The notes: generated by a model not told the origin, from the sequence alone. A stretch of 64,000 nucleotides of DNA from an uncultured Bacilli bacterium (GCA_949505625.1 CATBQD010000005.1:3046-67045); one strand, 5' to 3'; positions 8,740 to 19,540 are shown, counted from the stretch's first letter. Program-made: numbers and translations.

Positions 8740-9077
8740 AAAAAAGTGACTTAAAACAAATTGATTGTCCTAAGCCACTTATCTTTTATTTTATAAATAA
8801 AGTTTAGAAAATCTATTTTGAAGATATGCTAAAACAACCAATATTATTTATTGATTTCTTGTTCTTCTTTATAGATTTCTTTATTTGGTTGTTTAACATA
8901 AAAATCTTCCTTTCCGTTAGTATTATAACATATTCAATAATTTATGTCAAAAAAATGATGGGTACCCCAGGCGAGATGAATGCTCACATACAAAGTATGC
9001 TTACTGGCTTAGCCAACACATCGTTAATCCCTCACAAGTATCCCATCTACAAATATATTATAGCACAAATATAAAAA
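8740..9077 (-). promoter_or_regulatory. long 5' leader of lysK with an intrinsic terminator hairpin just upstream of the RBS (candidate attenuator; class not identified, no clear T-box motif)
   Basis: 8-bp stem GUGGCUUA/UAAGUCAC (8746..8778) followed by U6 on the minus strand, ~30 nt before the lysK ATG; 320-nt non-coding leader; a possible long-range pairing GAUGGG/CCCAUC. Confidence 0.3.
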
Positions 9078-10025
9078 TTATTCACATTTTTTATTACTTT
9101 TGTATTCATCAATGTAAACTTGACTTACATATTCAATTGCTATATCACTATATTTGTTAATTGTGTTTTTTGAATATGAGAATTGGTAACAATAATCTTG
9201 ATTATTTTTAATTCCTTTTCGTTTACAAATATCTTGAAATTTATTTGGTGTAAAACCATGATTCGGTCCAAGTGATAATTCTAACGTTTCTTTTATTTTC
9301 TTTACAACATCATTTGTTGTATAAGGGTGAGTTTTTTCAATATCTTTTGGAACATTAATTATAGTTGCTCGTTCGCCACCATCTTTTACAATTGTAAATT
9401 TAATATCAGCTTCTGCTTCTTTTTTAGTAGAAACTAACCTTAAAGTTTGACTTAGCGATTCATCTGAATCTAATTCCTTTTTAATTTTTTCTAGCATAAG
9501 TAAATTATTAGGATTTAATATTAAAGAAGAAACATCTTTATCATTTCCCGGATTAACTAATGCGATATATGGTGTAACCTTTTCATTTAAGTTATATTCT
9601 GTAAAATGTTTTTTGAAAAACTTATTATAGTTTGTTAAACATCTTTGAAAAGCAGGAGATAATATATAATCATATTCTGGTAAAATTAAATGAGTCGCTT
9701 TATTTCTTATATTTCTAATAAAAGAAATATTATTTTTTGTTTTATCTGTTGTACTTGTAAACACTTTTTCTACACACTCATCTAATCCAATTGTTCTATT
9801 TGAATCATCTTTATAATTAATAACATTTATATCTTTAGCTTTATTAATTAAATATGCCTTTAATAATAACTCCCACGCATTACATATAAAGAAGCAAAAA
9901 CCTTCAGTTCTATAGTTGATAGTTGGTTTATTTATTATTTCGATTGACATTAAATATGCTTCTTCTGATTTGTTTAATAAAGCATTAATATAATTATTTA
10001 ATTCATCAGTTGTCATGAATATCAT
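9078..10025 (-). CDS. HEPN-domain protein (Rx4H motif), abortive-infection/toxin-like
   Basis: ISFIRNIRNKATHL contains R-x4-H; helical N-terminal NAWELLLKAYL typical of Abi-type HEPN proteins; 315 aa. Confidence 0.45.
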   Translation of the reverse strand: MIFMTTDELNNYINALLNKSEEAYLMSIEIINKPTINYRTEGFCFFICNAWELLLKAYLINKAKDINVINYKDDSNRTIGLDECVEKVFTSTTDKTKNNISFIRNIRNKATHLILPEYDYILSPAFQRCLTNYNKFFKKHFTEYNLNEKVTPYIALVNPGNDKDVSSLILNPNNLLMLEKIKKELDSDESLSQTLRLVSTKKEAEADIKFTIVKDGGERATIINVPKDIEKTHPYTTNDVVKKIKETLELSLGPNHGFTPNKFQDICKRKGIKNNQDYCYQFSYSKNTINKYSDIAIEYVSQVYIDEYKSNKKCE

Positions 10026-10161
10026 CTCCTTTTAATTTATTATTATAACATGATTTTTGTCATTTTAATCCGATAAATTTTACTACACACGCTCATTGAT
10101 TATGTCAATGTGCAAGTGTGTTTACTAAATTGACACCATTTTGTATTTTACGGCTTACGAA

Positions 10162-10587
10162 TTAAAAAATATCGTAGTCCTTTTCTTCTAAATACAAAGT
10201 CATTTCTTTTTCTTTAGATGTATCTTTTGTAATATAAGTAATATCAGAATCATTATACAAGTTGTTAGCATAGCAATCTTTGATTTGATTTATAACTATA
10301 TCTTTTTCTTTATCTTTTCCAGACAACAAGATATTTCTAAATATATCTTTTAATTTAATCCTTTGGGAATAACCATTTATAAATACATCATCACATTCTC
10401 CAAATAATAAATAGTCATTTCCATTAACTGATAAGATAGGAGGTTTCACATAGGCAATATTTGTTCCTTTGATATTTTTTACACATCCACTTGTTAAGTT
10501 TGAACTTACACCTGCAAACCTACATATCATATCAATCTTTTTCTTTAATTCACTACTAATTTCTAACTCTTTTACTTCAACTTCCAT
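10162..10587 (-). CDS. hypothetical acidic 141-aa protein, upstream partner of the HEPN gene
   Basis: ORF with GAGGAG RBS; no recognisable motif. Confidence 0.45.
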   Translation of the reverse strand: MEVEVKELEISSELKKKIDMICRFAGVSSNLTSGCVKNIKGTNIAYVKPPILSVNGNDYLLFGECDDVFINGYSQRIKLKDIFRNILLSGKDKEKDIVINQIKDCYANNLYNDSDITYITKDTSKEKEMTLYLEEKDYDIF

Positions 10588-10690
10588 TTAAAACTCCTCA
10601 CTTTCATTCATAAATAACAAAAAAACTAGACGGTACTTCTAGTTAATAATTTATTACTCTCGAATGAAAAGTTCGAGTTTCCTATCAATC

Positions 10691-10764
10691 TGGTGCCGCA
10701 AGTAGGAATCGGACCTACGTTAAAGCCTTACCATGGCCTCGTAATACCATTATACTATTGCGGC
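10691..10764 (-). tRNA. atypical tRNA-Thr(GGU)-like gene (possible pseudo- or specialised tRNA)
   Basis: 7-bp acceptor GCCGCAA/UUGCGGC, discriminator A, encoded CCA. Anticodon stem AGGCC/GGCUU with loop AUGGUAA (U33, anticodon GGU, A37). T-stem GUAGG/CCUAC but non-canonical T-loop UCCGAUU; short D-arm with GG. Folded by eye only. Confidence 0.45.
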
Positions 10765-10813
10765 AAATGTTGGTAATATTAATTATACCATAATATATGT
10801 GAAAATAAAAGAA

Positions 10814-12496
<1,683 letters not shown>

Positions 12497-12508
12497 GAGT
12501 GATTTATA

Positions 12509-12793
12509 TCACTCTTCATTTTTGTAAATTGTAATTCCAAATACCTTAATCTCAGTTTTATAGACATAAAAGTGAGTATCAGCTGATAATCTTCCTCGTA
12601 ATGTAATAGAATACCCTAGCCCTTTATATACTCCAGAGCCACCATCTTTTTCTATCGTATTTTTATCTGCTGAGGCAAAAATCGGTTTTTTATGAAAATT
12701 AGAGGTCACTACTCCATCTGTAATAATAAGAGCACTCCATATCAATACCAATGTAAAAACTATAATACTTACAATTTTAAAACCTTTTTTCAA
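12509..12793 (-). CDS. hypothetical membrane-anchored small protein
   Basis: N-terminal TM helix; no motif. Confidence 0.4.
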   Translation of the reverse strand: MKKGFKIVSIIVFTLVLIWSALIITDGVVTSNFHKKPIFASADKNTIEKDGGSGVYKGLGYSITLRGRLSADTHFYVYKTEIKVFGITIYKNEE

Positions 12794-12806
12794 TTTTAAC
12801 TCTCCC

Positions 12807-13283
12807 TTATTTATATTTGGAAACTCTGATATACCCTTCTCTTATACAAGTTGGTACAATCTCATTTTTAAGCGTATTTGAAAGAAGTGAAAAATCATCT
12901 TCAGCTCCAAACCACATAAAATTTTCTATTTCTTCTGAACAAGTAAGCTCTCCTTCAAGTTCTCCTTCATACATAAAAATATACATATGAAGTAGTGTTT
13001 TTTGGTCACTTGTTGCAATCTCATCAAAGTCCATAAATGGGACTACCTTTTTAGGGTCAAAAATTGCTTTTTCTCCTAATTCTTCATGACACTCTCTAAT
13101 AGCAGCATCATATACATCTTCTCCATTTTCAACGCTTCCACCAATCATTTGATATGTTGGTCGCTTTCTTGGTTTATCAATTAATAGTTTCCCATCTTTA
13201 AAAAATAATGTTCCAACTACTTTTTTTCTTTCTTCCATATTATCCTCTTTTCTAATTTTATTGTAACATACTTTCATAAACAA
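12807..13283 (-). CDS. NUDIX hydrolase
   Basis: Nudix box GGSVENGEDVYDAAIRECHEELGE; the true start is probably the MEERKK Met (~13238). Confidence 0.8.
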   Translation of the reverse strand: MFMKVCYNKIRKEDNMEERKKVVGTLFFKDGKLLIDKPRKRPTYQMIGGSVENGEDVYDAAIRECHEELGEKAIFDPKKVVPFMDFDEIATSDQKTLLHMYIFMYEGELEGELTCSEEIENFMWFGAEDDFSLLSNTLKNEIVPTCIREGYIRVSKYK

Positions 13284-13293
13284 AAAAAGAGCT

Positions 13294-13632
13294 CTAGTCT
13301 CTTTTCTTTAGTTTTACTGCAGTTCCATAAGCAATAATCTCTGCGGCGCCACTCATAACAGCAGAAGAACCATAACGAATGTTTATAATTGCATCTGCAC
13401 CTAAACTCTTAGCCTCATCCACCATTCTTTTTGTTGCCATCTGTCTAGCGATTGAAATCATTTCTGTGTACCCAGCAATTTCACCACCAACAATTGTTTT
13501 CATTCCAGCCATAAAATCTCTTCCTATATTTTTAGATTGAACAATTTGTCCTTTTACAATTCCTAAAGCTTCTACAATTTCTTCTCCAGGAATATAATCA
13601 ATATTTACTAGCTTCATCTTCTTCACCTCCAT
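13294..13632 (-). CDS. YbjQ/UPF0145 family protein
   Basis: ~110 aa, GxxxG-rich pattern DFMAGMKTIVGGEIAGYTEM…AYGTAV characteristic of UPF0145. Confidence 0.75.
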   Translation of the reverse strand: MEVKKMKLVNIDYIPGEEIVEALGIVKGQIVQSKNIGRDFMAGMKTIVGGEIAGYTEMISIARQMATKRMVDEAKSLGADAIINIRYGSSAVMSGAAEIIAYGTAVKLKKRD

Positions 13633-14266
13633 TAATCTCTTTTATTCTACTAATTAAGTTTACAACCATACCAAGTAGTGGAACACCTAAAACTGCTATA
13701 ATAAAAAGATAAATAAGCCATGGCATGTTTTTTGGTTCTGTAAATTGAAAATAACTAATCATTCCTATTAAAAATAGAAAGAAAGCACCGAATAGAAAAC
13801 TTGATATTACTGCTCCTACTATTTTTTTTGTTTTACTTGTTTTTGTATTCCTCATTGTAAATCCTTCCTTATTTAAAACATTCATCGTTTTAAAATATTC
13901 TTCTATTTCTATTGTTTTGTAAGTATCATTCGAAGTACTAATTGAAGTGCACATAGCTTTTATCTTTTGATAGTTTTCTTCTTCATTTTCTATTTTTTTA
14001 ATTCTGTCTGCCATACATTCTTGTAGTGTTAATTCTCCACTTTCAAGCTGCTTTAGTTCTCTAATAGGAACATTAAGCTCTCTTAAAAACTTGATAATTT
14101 TTAATTTCTGAATATCATTTTCGTCATATACTCTATAATCATTTTCTTGATTCCGTTTTGGCATTAATAATCCATTTTCTTCATAATAGCGAATACTTTT
14201 TTTGGAAAGTCCTACTATGTGTTCTACTTCATTAATAAGCATATGTTCCTCCTTTCTAAAATACAC
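13598..14266 (-). CDS. MerR-family transcriptional regulator with C-terminal transmembrane segments
   Basis: N-terminal MerR HTH (LINEVEHIVGLSKKSIRYYEENGLL), coiled region, two C-terminal hydrophobic helices. Confidence 0.65.
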   Translation of the reverse strand: MYFRKEEHMLINEVEHIVGLSKKSIRYYEENGLLMPKRNQENDYRVYDENDIQKLKIIKFLRELNVPIRELKQLESGELTLQECMADRIKKIENEEENYQKIKAMCTSISTSNDTYKTIEIEEYFKTMNVLNKEGFTMRNTKTSKTKKIVGAVISSFLFGAFFLFLIGMISYFQFTEPKNMPWLIYLFIIAVLGVPLLGMVVNLISRIKEINGGEEDEASKY

Positions 14267-14302
14267 TATAAGCTATTCCCTTAGGGGAAAGTCAAGTATT
14301 TT

Positions 14303-14620
14303 TTACTTTTTGATTTCATTGATACTCGTTATATCAGAGATTCTTATATATTGTTCTATTGTTTTCTTATTTTTTTGATATTCAAATAATAACCATTCTC
14401 GGTCATAATCTTTTATTATTCCGATTGTAGAAGAAATCGATGTAAATAAATAAGAGTCAGAAATATTTTCATTATTAACAATAAGAGATACTGGCTTTCC
14501 TAAATAATTTTTAAAATTTAATTTTCTATTTTCTGTTTGAAACTGCTTTTTTAATTTTTCCAATTTTTCATTGATAGTTCCAAAACCAATAATAAGTCCA
14601 AATAAAATAATCCACTCCAT
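14303..14620 (-). CDS. hypothetical small protein (N-terminal hydrophobic segment), co-transcribed with the XRE regulator (ATGA overlap)
   Basis: ORF only. Confidence 0.4.
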   Translation of the reverse strand: MEWIILFGLIIGFGTINEKLEKLKKQFQTENRKLNFKNYLGKPVSLIVNNENISDSYLFTSISSTIGIIKDYDREWLLFEYQKNKKTIEQYIRISDITSINEIKK

Positions 14621-15042
14621 TATTTTTCCTCTTTTCTAATAGTAGAAATTAAGTTTAAATCAACTAGTTTTGTTATTGATTCTTTTCCGTATTGAAATTC
14701 TATTTTTATAAAGTCTCCTTCTATATTCAATACTTTGCACAATGTCTCATCATCCATTTTATAATCATCTTCTAGTAATTCTATATAACATGTTTCTCCA
14801 ATTAAATTTTTTAAAATTGAATGACTACTTTGACAATTGATATCTAAATGATTTTCTAACAAATCGTCCAAACTAATTTGAAAAATATAAGCAATTTCTT
14901 TTGCATCTTTAATATTTGGAGAAGTAATATCGCTTTCCCAGCTTGAAAGAGTTTGCCTTGTGACTCCTATTTTACTTGCCAAAGCTTCTTGTGTCATGTT
15001 TTCTTTCTTCCTAAGTTCTATTATTTTTTCTCCTAGTGTCAT
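14620..15042 (-). CDS. XRE-family HTH transcriptional regulator
   Basis: LRKKENMTQEALASKIGVTRQTLSSWE HTH_3 motif. Confidence 0.7.
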   Translation of the reverse strand: MTLGEKIIELRKKENMTQEALASKIGVTRQTLSSWESDITSPNIKDAKEIAYIFQISLDDLLENHLDINCQSSHSILKNLIGETCYIELLEDDYKMDDETLCKVLNIEGDFIKIEFQYGKESITKLVDLNLISTIRKEEK

Positions 15043-15120
15043 AATATCACCTCGTTATTTATTATATAAAAGCAGGAAACTGAAATCTATCAAAATAGGT
15101 TAACATTGCGTAAAAAAAGA

Positions 15121-15549
15121 TTACATTTTTTCTACTAAACTATAACTTTCATCAATTAATTGTTTCAATAGATTAAAATCTACATTTTTATCAAGTAATA
15201 TTGTAACCCAATATTTTTTATTCATATGATAAGCTGGAAAAAAATTTTTATAATCAATTAACGTTTGGATTTTACCAGGGTCATTTTTTAGATTGATTGC
15301 ATCCACTAGTTCGTCTCCTTTTAACCCTAATGTCTTACCTGGAATATCAATGACAAGTCCATACCATTTCTTTGTATTTTTCGTTTTCAATGTAAAATAG
15401 TTTGGATACTTGTCCCAAGAATATTCTGGTATCGTTCTATATCTCTCTTTTACATAAGATAAAATCTGATTTCTAATATTCAAAGATTCGAAGCAACACT
15501 TCATTATATCCTGAATTATAAATTCTATTTTTGCTTTTAAATTACTCAC
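15121..15549 (-). CDS. MmcQ/YjbR-family putative DNA-binding protein
   Basis: KKWYGLVIDIP … KKYWVTILLD pattern; 142 aa. Confidence 0.5.
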   Translation of the reverse strand: MSNLKAKIEFIIQDIMKCCFESLNIRNQILSYVKERYRTIPEYSWDKYPNYFTLKTKNTKKWYGLVIDIPGKTLGLKGDELVDAINLKNDPGKIQTLIDYKNFFPAYHMNKKYWVTILLDKNVDFNLLKQLIDESYSLVEKM

Positions 15550-15782
15550 ATATACACCTTCTACTTCTTTTATATAAAATGGGATATATTTTTCATTTGT
15601 ATCATTTTCATAAACATCTACTTCAAATAAATCTTAGCAAACTTTAATTTCTACATTTAGTTCTTGATTCAATTCTTTTTTCAAAATATAAGTATCTTGT
15701 TCTAATCGAAAACCAAATTCTAATAGTTTTCCTGGAATTATTTGATATTGGTTTAATAGAATATTTTTATTCATGATAATCC

Positions 15783-16232
15783 TCACTTTTCTTTTTTGTT
15801 TCTTATAATTTCTATTTTTTGATATTTGAATGCGAAAATAGTAAGTCTTTTTTTACAAGTTGGACATTTTGTATGTTTGATACCTCTTTTTGAAGGAAGT
15901 GGTAAACGTAATACAGTTTTACACTTACAACATTTCTTATAAATATGGTCTTTATCTTTCCAATTTTTTATTATCGTTTGAAATGGTTTTGTAATACACT
16001 CTTTCCATTTTAGAAATATTTGATTTTCCTTTTTTCTTTGATTAATATTTTTGGAAAGGGTACGGGAAAAAATAGTAAGTACCAAAAGAAGCTCTATTAT
16101 AAATAACCAAGTTTGTTTCAAAAATAAATTTATAATAAAAACTAAGATATATAAAATGAAAAGAAAATGATTTAAATTATCAGTTCCATATCTACCATAC
16201 ATAAAACGAGCTATTTTTGTTAATAATTTCAT
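15783..16232 (-). CDS. membrane protein with C-terminal zinc-ribbon (CCKC…CPTC)
   Basis: two N-terminal TM helices, Cys4 cluster at the C-terminus. Confidence 0.4.
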   Translation of the reverse strand: MKLLTKIARFMYGRYGTDNLNHFLFILYILVFIINLFLKQTWLFIIELLLVLTIFSRTLSKNINQRKKENQIFLKWKECITKPFQTIIKNWKDKDHIYKKCCKCKTVLRLPLPSKRGIKHTKCPTCKKRLTIFAFKYQKIEIIRNKKEK

Positions 16233-16244
16233 ATAATTTCTCCT

Positions 16245-17102
16245 TTACAATTTTACTAAGATTACACCGAGTGTTAATAAAATGGCCGCAATTAATTTTT
16301 GGACAATTCTATTTTTGTTTTTAAAAACTACAAATTCTATCACTGCATTCATAATAGAGGTGAGCGTAAAAATAGGAGCAACAACTGCAATATCACCTAA
16401 TTGATATGCTTTCACAGAAGATATCAGCATTAAACACCATGAAAAAGCTGATATTAAGAATTTCTTTTTATTATATGTATCAAATTCTCTTTTTAAATCT
16501 TTCAATTTATATCGACCAAATAGTTTAATAAGACAAGCTGGAATCAATACTGTGATAATCGTATAAAATGCAAGATTAAAATAATCAGAGATATTTACGT
16601 TTAATAGCATTGCAATCGCAAATAAAAAGTTAGAAATGAATGACATCATAAAATATCTATTGATTCTAATTTTCCCTTTTTCAAAAGCCAATATTAGGTT
16701 TGCCAAAATGATGATAATTGCTCCTATCATTCTTATTGCTATCATCTTTTCATTTAAAAAAACAAATCCAAAAAAAATCATAAAAACTGTGGACAGTTGT
16801 TTTAATACACTAAAAGTCGAAGGGTCTAATCCATACCTCGCTTCAATATTTAATCTATCTGTAATAGCATAAAGAATAGTAACAATAAGTAATGTTATAT
16901 AGATACTCGGATTATCTGGCAATGTAAACGGAAAAAAAGGAATAAATAAGAGCGCAAAAAGGGCTGTAAAAAATTCAAGTAAAATTGTTAATGCGCCTGC
17001 ACTTTTCATATTTCGGTTTGTCGATTTAAAAACTTGGGCAAATAAGACTGCTGAAATTAAGTAAATGACAACCCATGTTTCCCATAAATTAAATAAATTC
17101 AT
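16245..17102 (-). CDS. polytopic integral membrane protein, unknown function
   Basis: ~8 hydrophobic helices; no motif. Confidence 0.45.
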   Translation of the reverse strand: MNLFNLWETWVVIYLISAVLFAQVFKSTNRNMKSAGALTILLEFFTALFALLFIPFFPFTLPDNPSIYITLLIVTILYAITDRLNIEARYGLDPSTFSVLKQLSTVFMIFFGFVFLNEKMIAIRMIGAIIIILANLILAFEKGKIRINRYFMMSFISNFLFAIAMLLNVNISDYFNLAFYTIITVLIPACLIKLFGRYKLKDLKREFDTYNKKKFLISAFSWCLMLISSVKAYQLGDIAVVAPIFTLTSIMNAVIEFVVFKNKNRIVQKLIAAILLTLGVILVKL

Positions 17103-17192
17103 ATCATCACCATAATACTATTTTATAGCGAAAAGAAAAGAATGTAAAGATACACCCTTTTCTGTATTGGCTCTAAAATCTATTAATTTCAT

Positions 17193-18041
17193 TTATAGGA
17201 TTCCCTTTTTATTTTCCTCCATAATAGACAATCTTTTTATATATTCTTGTACTTCTAACATAGCTTCTTTTTCTTCTAAATATTCAGCAACAATTTGTTT
17301 TATTCCGTCTTCTTGTTTTTCTCCTAAAAAAGAATTTGGAAGATATAATTTTTTTTCTAATATTCTTTCTAAAATATCCATCAATTCATATTTGCTAAAG
17401 GAAGAGGCCATATTTGGATTTTCTTCTATTACCTTTTTTTCTAAATCCAGAAGAAAAGGTACTTTAGAAAATTGTAAGGACCCACAAACTATATTATTTC
17501 GATAAGCATATAAAAAATTTATCAAATCAGTTCTTGTAATTCTTTGATGCACATAAAAATATGTAAAAAACTGAAATAGTTCTAACCATTCTTCTGTAAA
17601 ACCATAGCCTCCACCAGAGCGTTTCAAATCTACTTTTTCTATATAAAGTTCCCCCGAATTTTTTTGACTAGAATGAATAGAGTTATTCATAAGCAATTTT
17701 GAAAATAAAGGAGAAATTGTAAACTCAATACTTGTTTGTTCTTCACCAGTTGGAGAACTTCCAACAATTTTTAAGATTGCTTTAAATGTTTCTAAATTTG
17801 TCACACTAGATTTTTTTAATGAAAGTCCAGTCCCTTTTAACATTATGTTATTGATTAATTGCCTAAGTCTTTTAGAAACATAAAAGCAGTGATGTTTCAT
17901 TGTTCTAGAAACATAGATATATTGATTTGTTCCTTTTAAAAATTCAGGATTAGAAAAATTAAAATGATTGTAGGAATTCGTTCCTTCAAAGCGATAAAAT
18001 CTTGGTAACTCTGAACATTGTAAATAAAATTTTCGTATCAT
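17193..18041 (-). CDS. hypothetical protein (282 aa)
   Basis: ORF with -10 TATAAT-like promoter at ~18050; no motif recognised. Confidence 0.45.
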   Translation of the reverse strand: MIRKFYLQCSELPRFYRFEGTNSYNHFNFSNPEFLKGTNQYIYVSRTMKHHCFYVSKRLRQLINNIMLKGTGLSLKKSSVTNLETFKAILKIVGSSPTGEEQTSIEFTISPLFSKLLMNNSIHSSQKNSGELYIEKVDLKRSGGGYGFTEEWLELFQFFTYFYVHQRITRTDLINFLYAYRNNIVCGSLQFSKVPFLLDLEKKVIEENPNMASSFSKYELMDILERILEKKLYLPNSFLGEKQEDGIKQIVAEYLEEKEAMLEVQEYIKRLSIMEENKKGIL

Positions 18042-18115
18042 ATTTTTCCCCTTTTTGACATACTATATTATACTTATATTTTTATTTTTTCAACAAAAAA
18101 GCTCGTAATTTGAGC

Positions 18116-18604
18116 TTAATATCCCATAACACCTTCTAAAGACTCATCATTTTCTATATATTCACTAACTAATATATGTCTATATTCCTCTTTAGAATCT
18201 CTAATATAAATATCTTTTATTCCTGCATTAATAATCATTCTTTTACATAATGCACATGGATTAGATTTTGCAACATAAGAGCCATCTGTATAGTTTTTGC
18301 CACATAAGAATAACGTAGCCCCTATCATTTTACTTCGTTCCGCACTTATAATAGCATTTTGCTCGGCATGAACACTACGACAAAGTTCATATCTCTCGCC
18401 TCTTGGAACATTTAGTTTTTCACGAATGCATACTTTCATTTCACAGCAATTTTTTCTTCCTCTTGGAGCACCAACATAACCTGTTGATACAACCTCATCA
18501 TTTTTAATAATGACTGCTCCATAATTTCTTCTAATACAAGTTCCTCTTTCTAAAGCTACCTCTGCCATATCTAAATAATAATTAATTTTATCGATTCTTT
18601 CCAT
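18116..18604 (-). CDS. dCMP/cytidine deaminase family zinc enzyme (ComEB-like)
   Basis: HAEQNAI and PCALCKRMI zinc-binding motifs. Confidence 0.8.
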   Translation of the reverse strand: MERIDKINYYLDMAEVALERGTCIRRNYGAVIIKNDEVVSTGYVGAPRGRKNCCEMKVCIREKLNVPRGERYELCRSVHAEQNAIISAERSKMIGATLFLCGKNYTDGSYVAKSNPCALCKRMIINAGIKDIYIRDSKEEYRHILVSEYIENDESLEGVMGY

Positions 18605-18652
18605 ATTTTCACACCTTACTTCCTATATCTATTATAACATAAAAATCTTTTT

Positions 18653-19540
18653 TTAAGCCTTTCTTCTTTTTACTATATCATTTTTTTCTAAACTTCCAAT
18701 CAACATTGTGCTATTTAAATCGTGTCTTAGGAAATTTCTATTTACTTTTTTCTCGTCATAGTTGGCATAACAATATTTGCAAAAATGTTGGCAAGAGTTA
18801 TAAGCCCCTATGTCAACCATTTCTACACAATTACATTTTTTGCCCTTCCTAGCTTTCCAACTTTTATATGTTTTTCTCGTCATTTGAAAAGCAAGTTCAT
18901 GACTCAAACATTCCCCTTTTTTAAATCCATATTCAACTAAAATTTTTTCTTCAAAACAGGTCTGAACTGTCATACCAAATTCTTTTGCACTCTTACTAAA
19001 TGAAAAACCGATTTCCTGATAGTCACTTTCTGTAAAGAGCTTTATATTTAATATTCCATTATTTTTTCTTACATTTTTATAATCATCTATAAAAGAAACA
19101 ATAATTGTTTTGACATATCCATTTAATAAGGAACACATATTATGAAATGCTCTTTTATGATAATCCAATGTATAACTGTTATTTAAAAAAATCGGGTCAT
19201 AACGGACTACAATATTTTGGTTTCCAACAATACTAGATACTTTTTTTATTGCTTCTATAACAATTCCTTTTGGTGGAACGTTAGGCTCTATATCTTTTTT
19301 ATAAGGCGTTAAAGTTACATGAAATAAAATAGGCTTTTGAATTACTGGCAAATACTTGATAATAGGAATTGGATTTTTAGTACAAAAGAAAATCATATCT
19401 ACATCTTCAAAATAAATTCTACTTACCATCCTTTCTGAAAAAGGATTTCTAACATCTATGAACCCTTCTTGATAACGTTTCATAAACCAATCAATATAAA
19501 ATGCTACAATATCGGTCCTTCCGCTTACATTTAGAATCAT
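18653..19540 (-). CDS. DUF1848-family protein with C-terminal Cys cluster
   Basis: N-terminal MILNVSGRTDIVAFYIDWF (DUF1848 signature); CNCVEM…CQHFCKYCYANYD cysteine cluster. Confidence 0.55.
   Translation of the reverse strand: MILNVSGRTDIVAFYIDWFMKRYQEGFIDVRNPFSERMVSRIYFEDVDMIFFCTKNPIPIIKYLPVIQKPILFHVTLTPYKKDIEPNVPPKGIVIEAIKKVSSIVGNQNIVVRYDPIFLNNSYTLDYHKRAFHNMCSLLNGYVKTIIVSFIDDYKNVRKNNGILNIKLFTESDYQEIGFSFSKSAKEFGMTVQTCFEEKILVEYGFKKGECLSHELAFQMTRKTYKSWKARKGKKCNCVEMVDIGAYNSCQHFCKYCYANYDEKKVNRNFLRHDLNSTMLIGSLEKNDIVKRRKA

Noticed and set aside
8940-8990. T-box upstream of lysK (as in B. cereus)
   Set aside because: The closest match to the T-box consensus (GGGGUACC) is poor, and the terminator is ~240 nt further downstream, so the geometry does not fit a T-box.
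8826-9074. 82-aa plus-strand ORF inside the lysK leader
   Set aside because: Lies in a region better explained as a non-coding leader; hydrophobic low-complexity translation; no RBS.
15637-15775. 46-aa ORF (MNKNILLNQYQIIPGKLLEFGF…) immediately upstream of the MmcQ/YjbR gene
   Set aside because: Could be the N-terminal piece of a frameshifted longer YjbR-like gene, but it is in a different frame and I cannot confirm an overlap; left unannotated.
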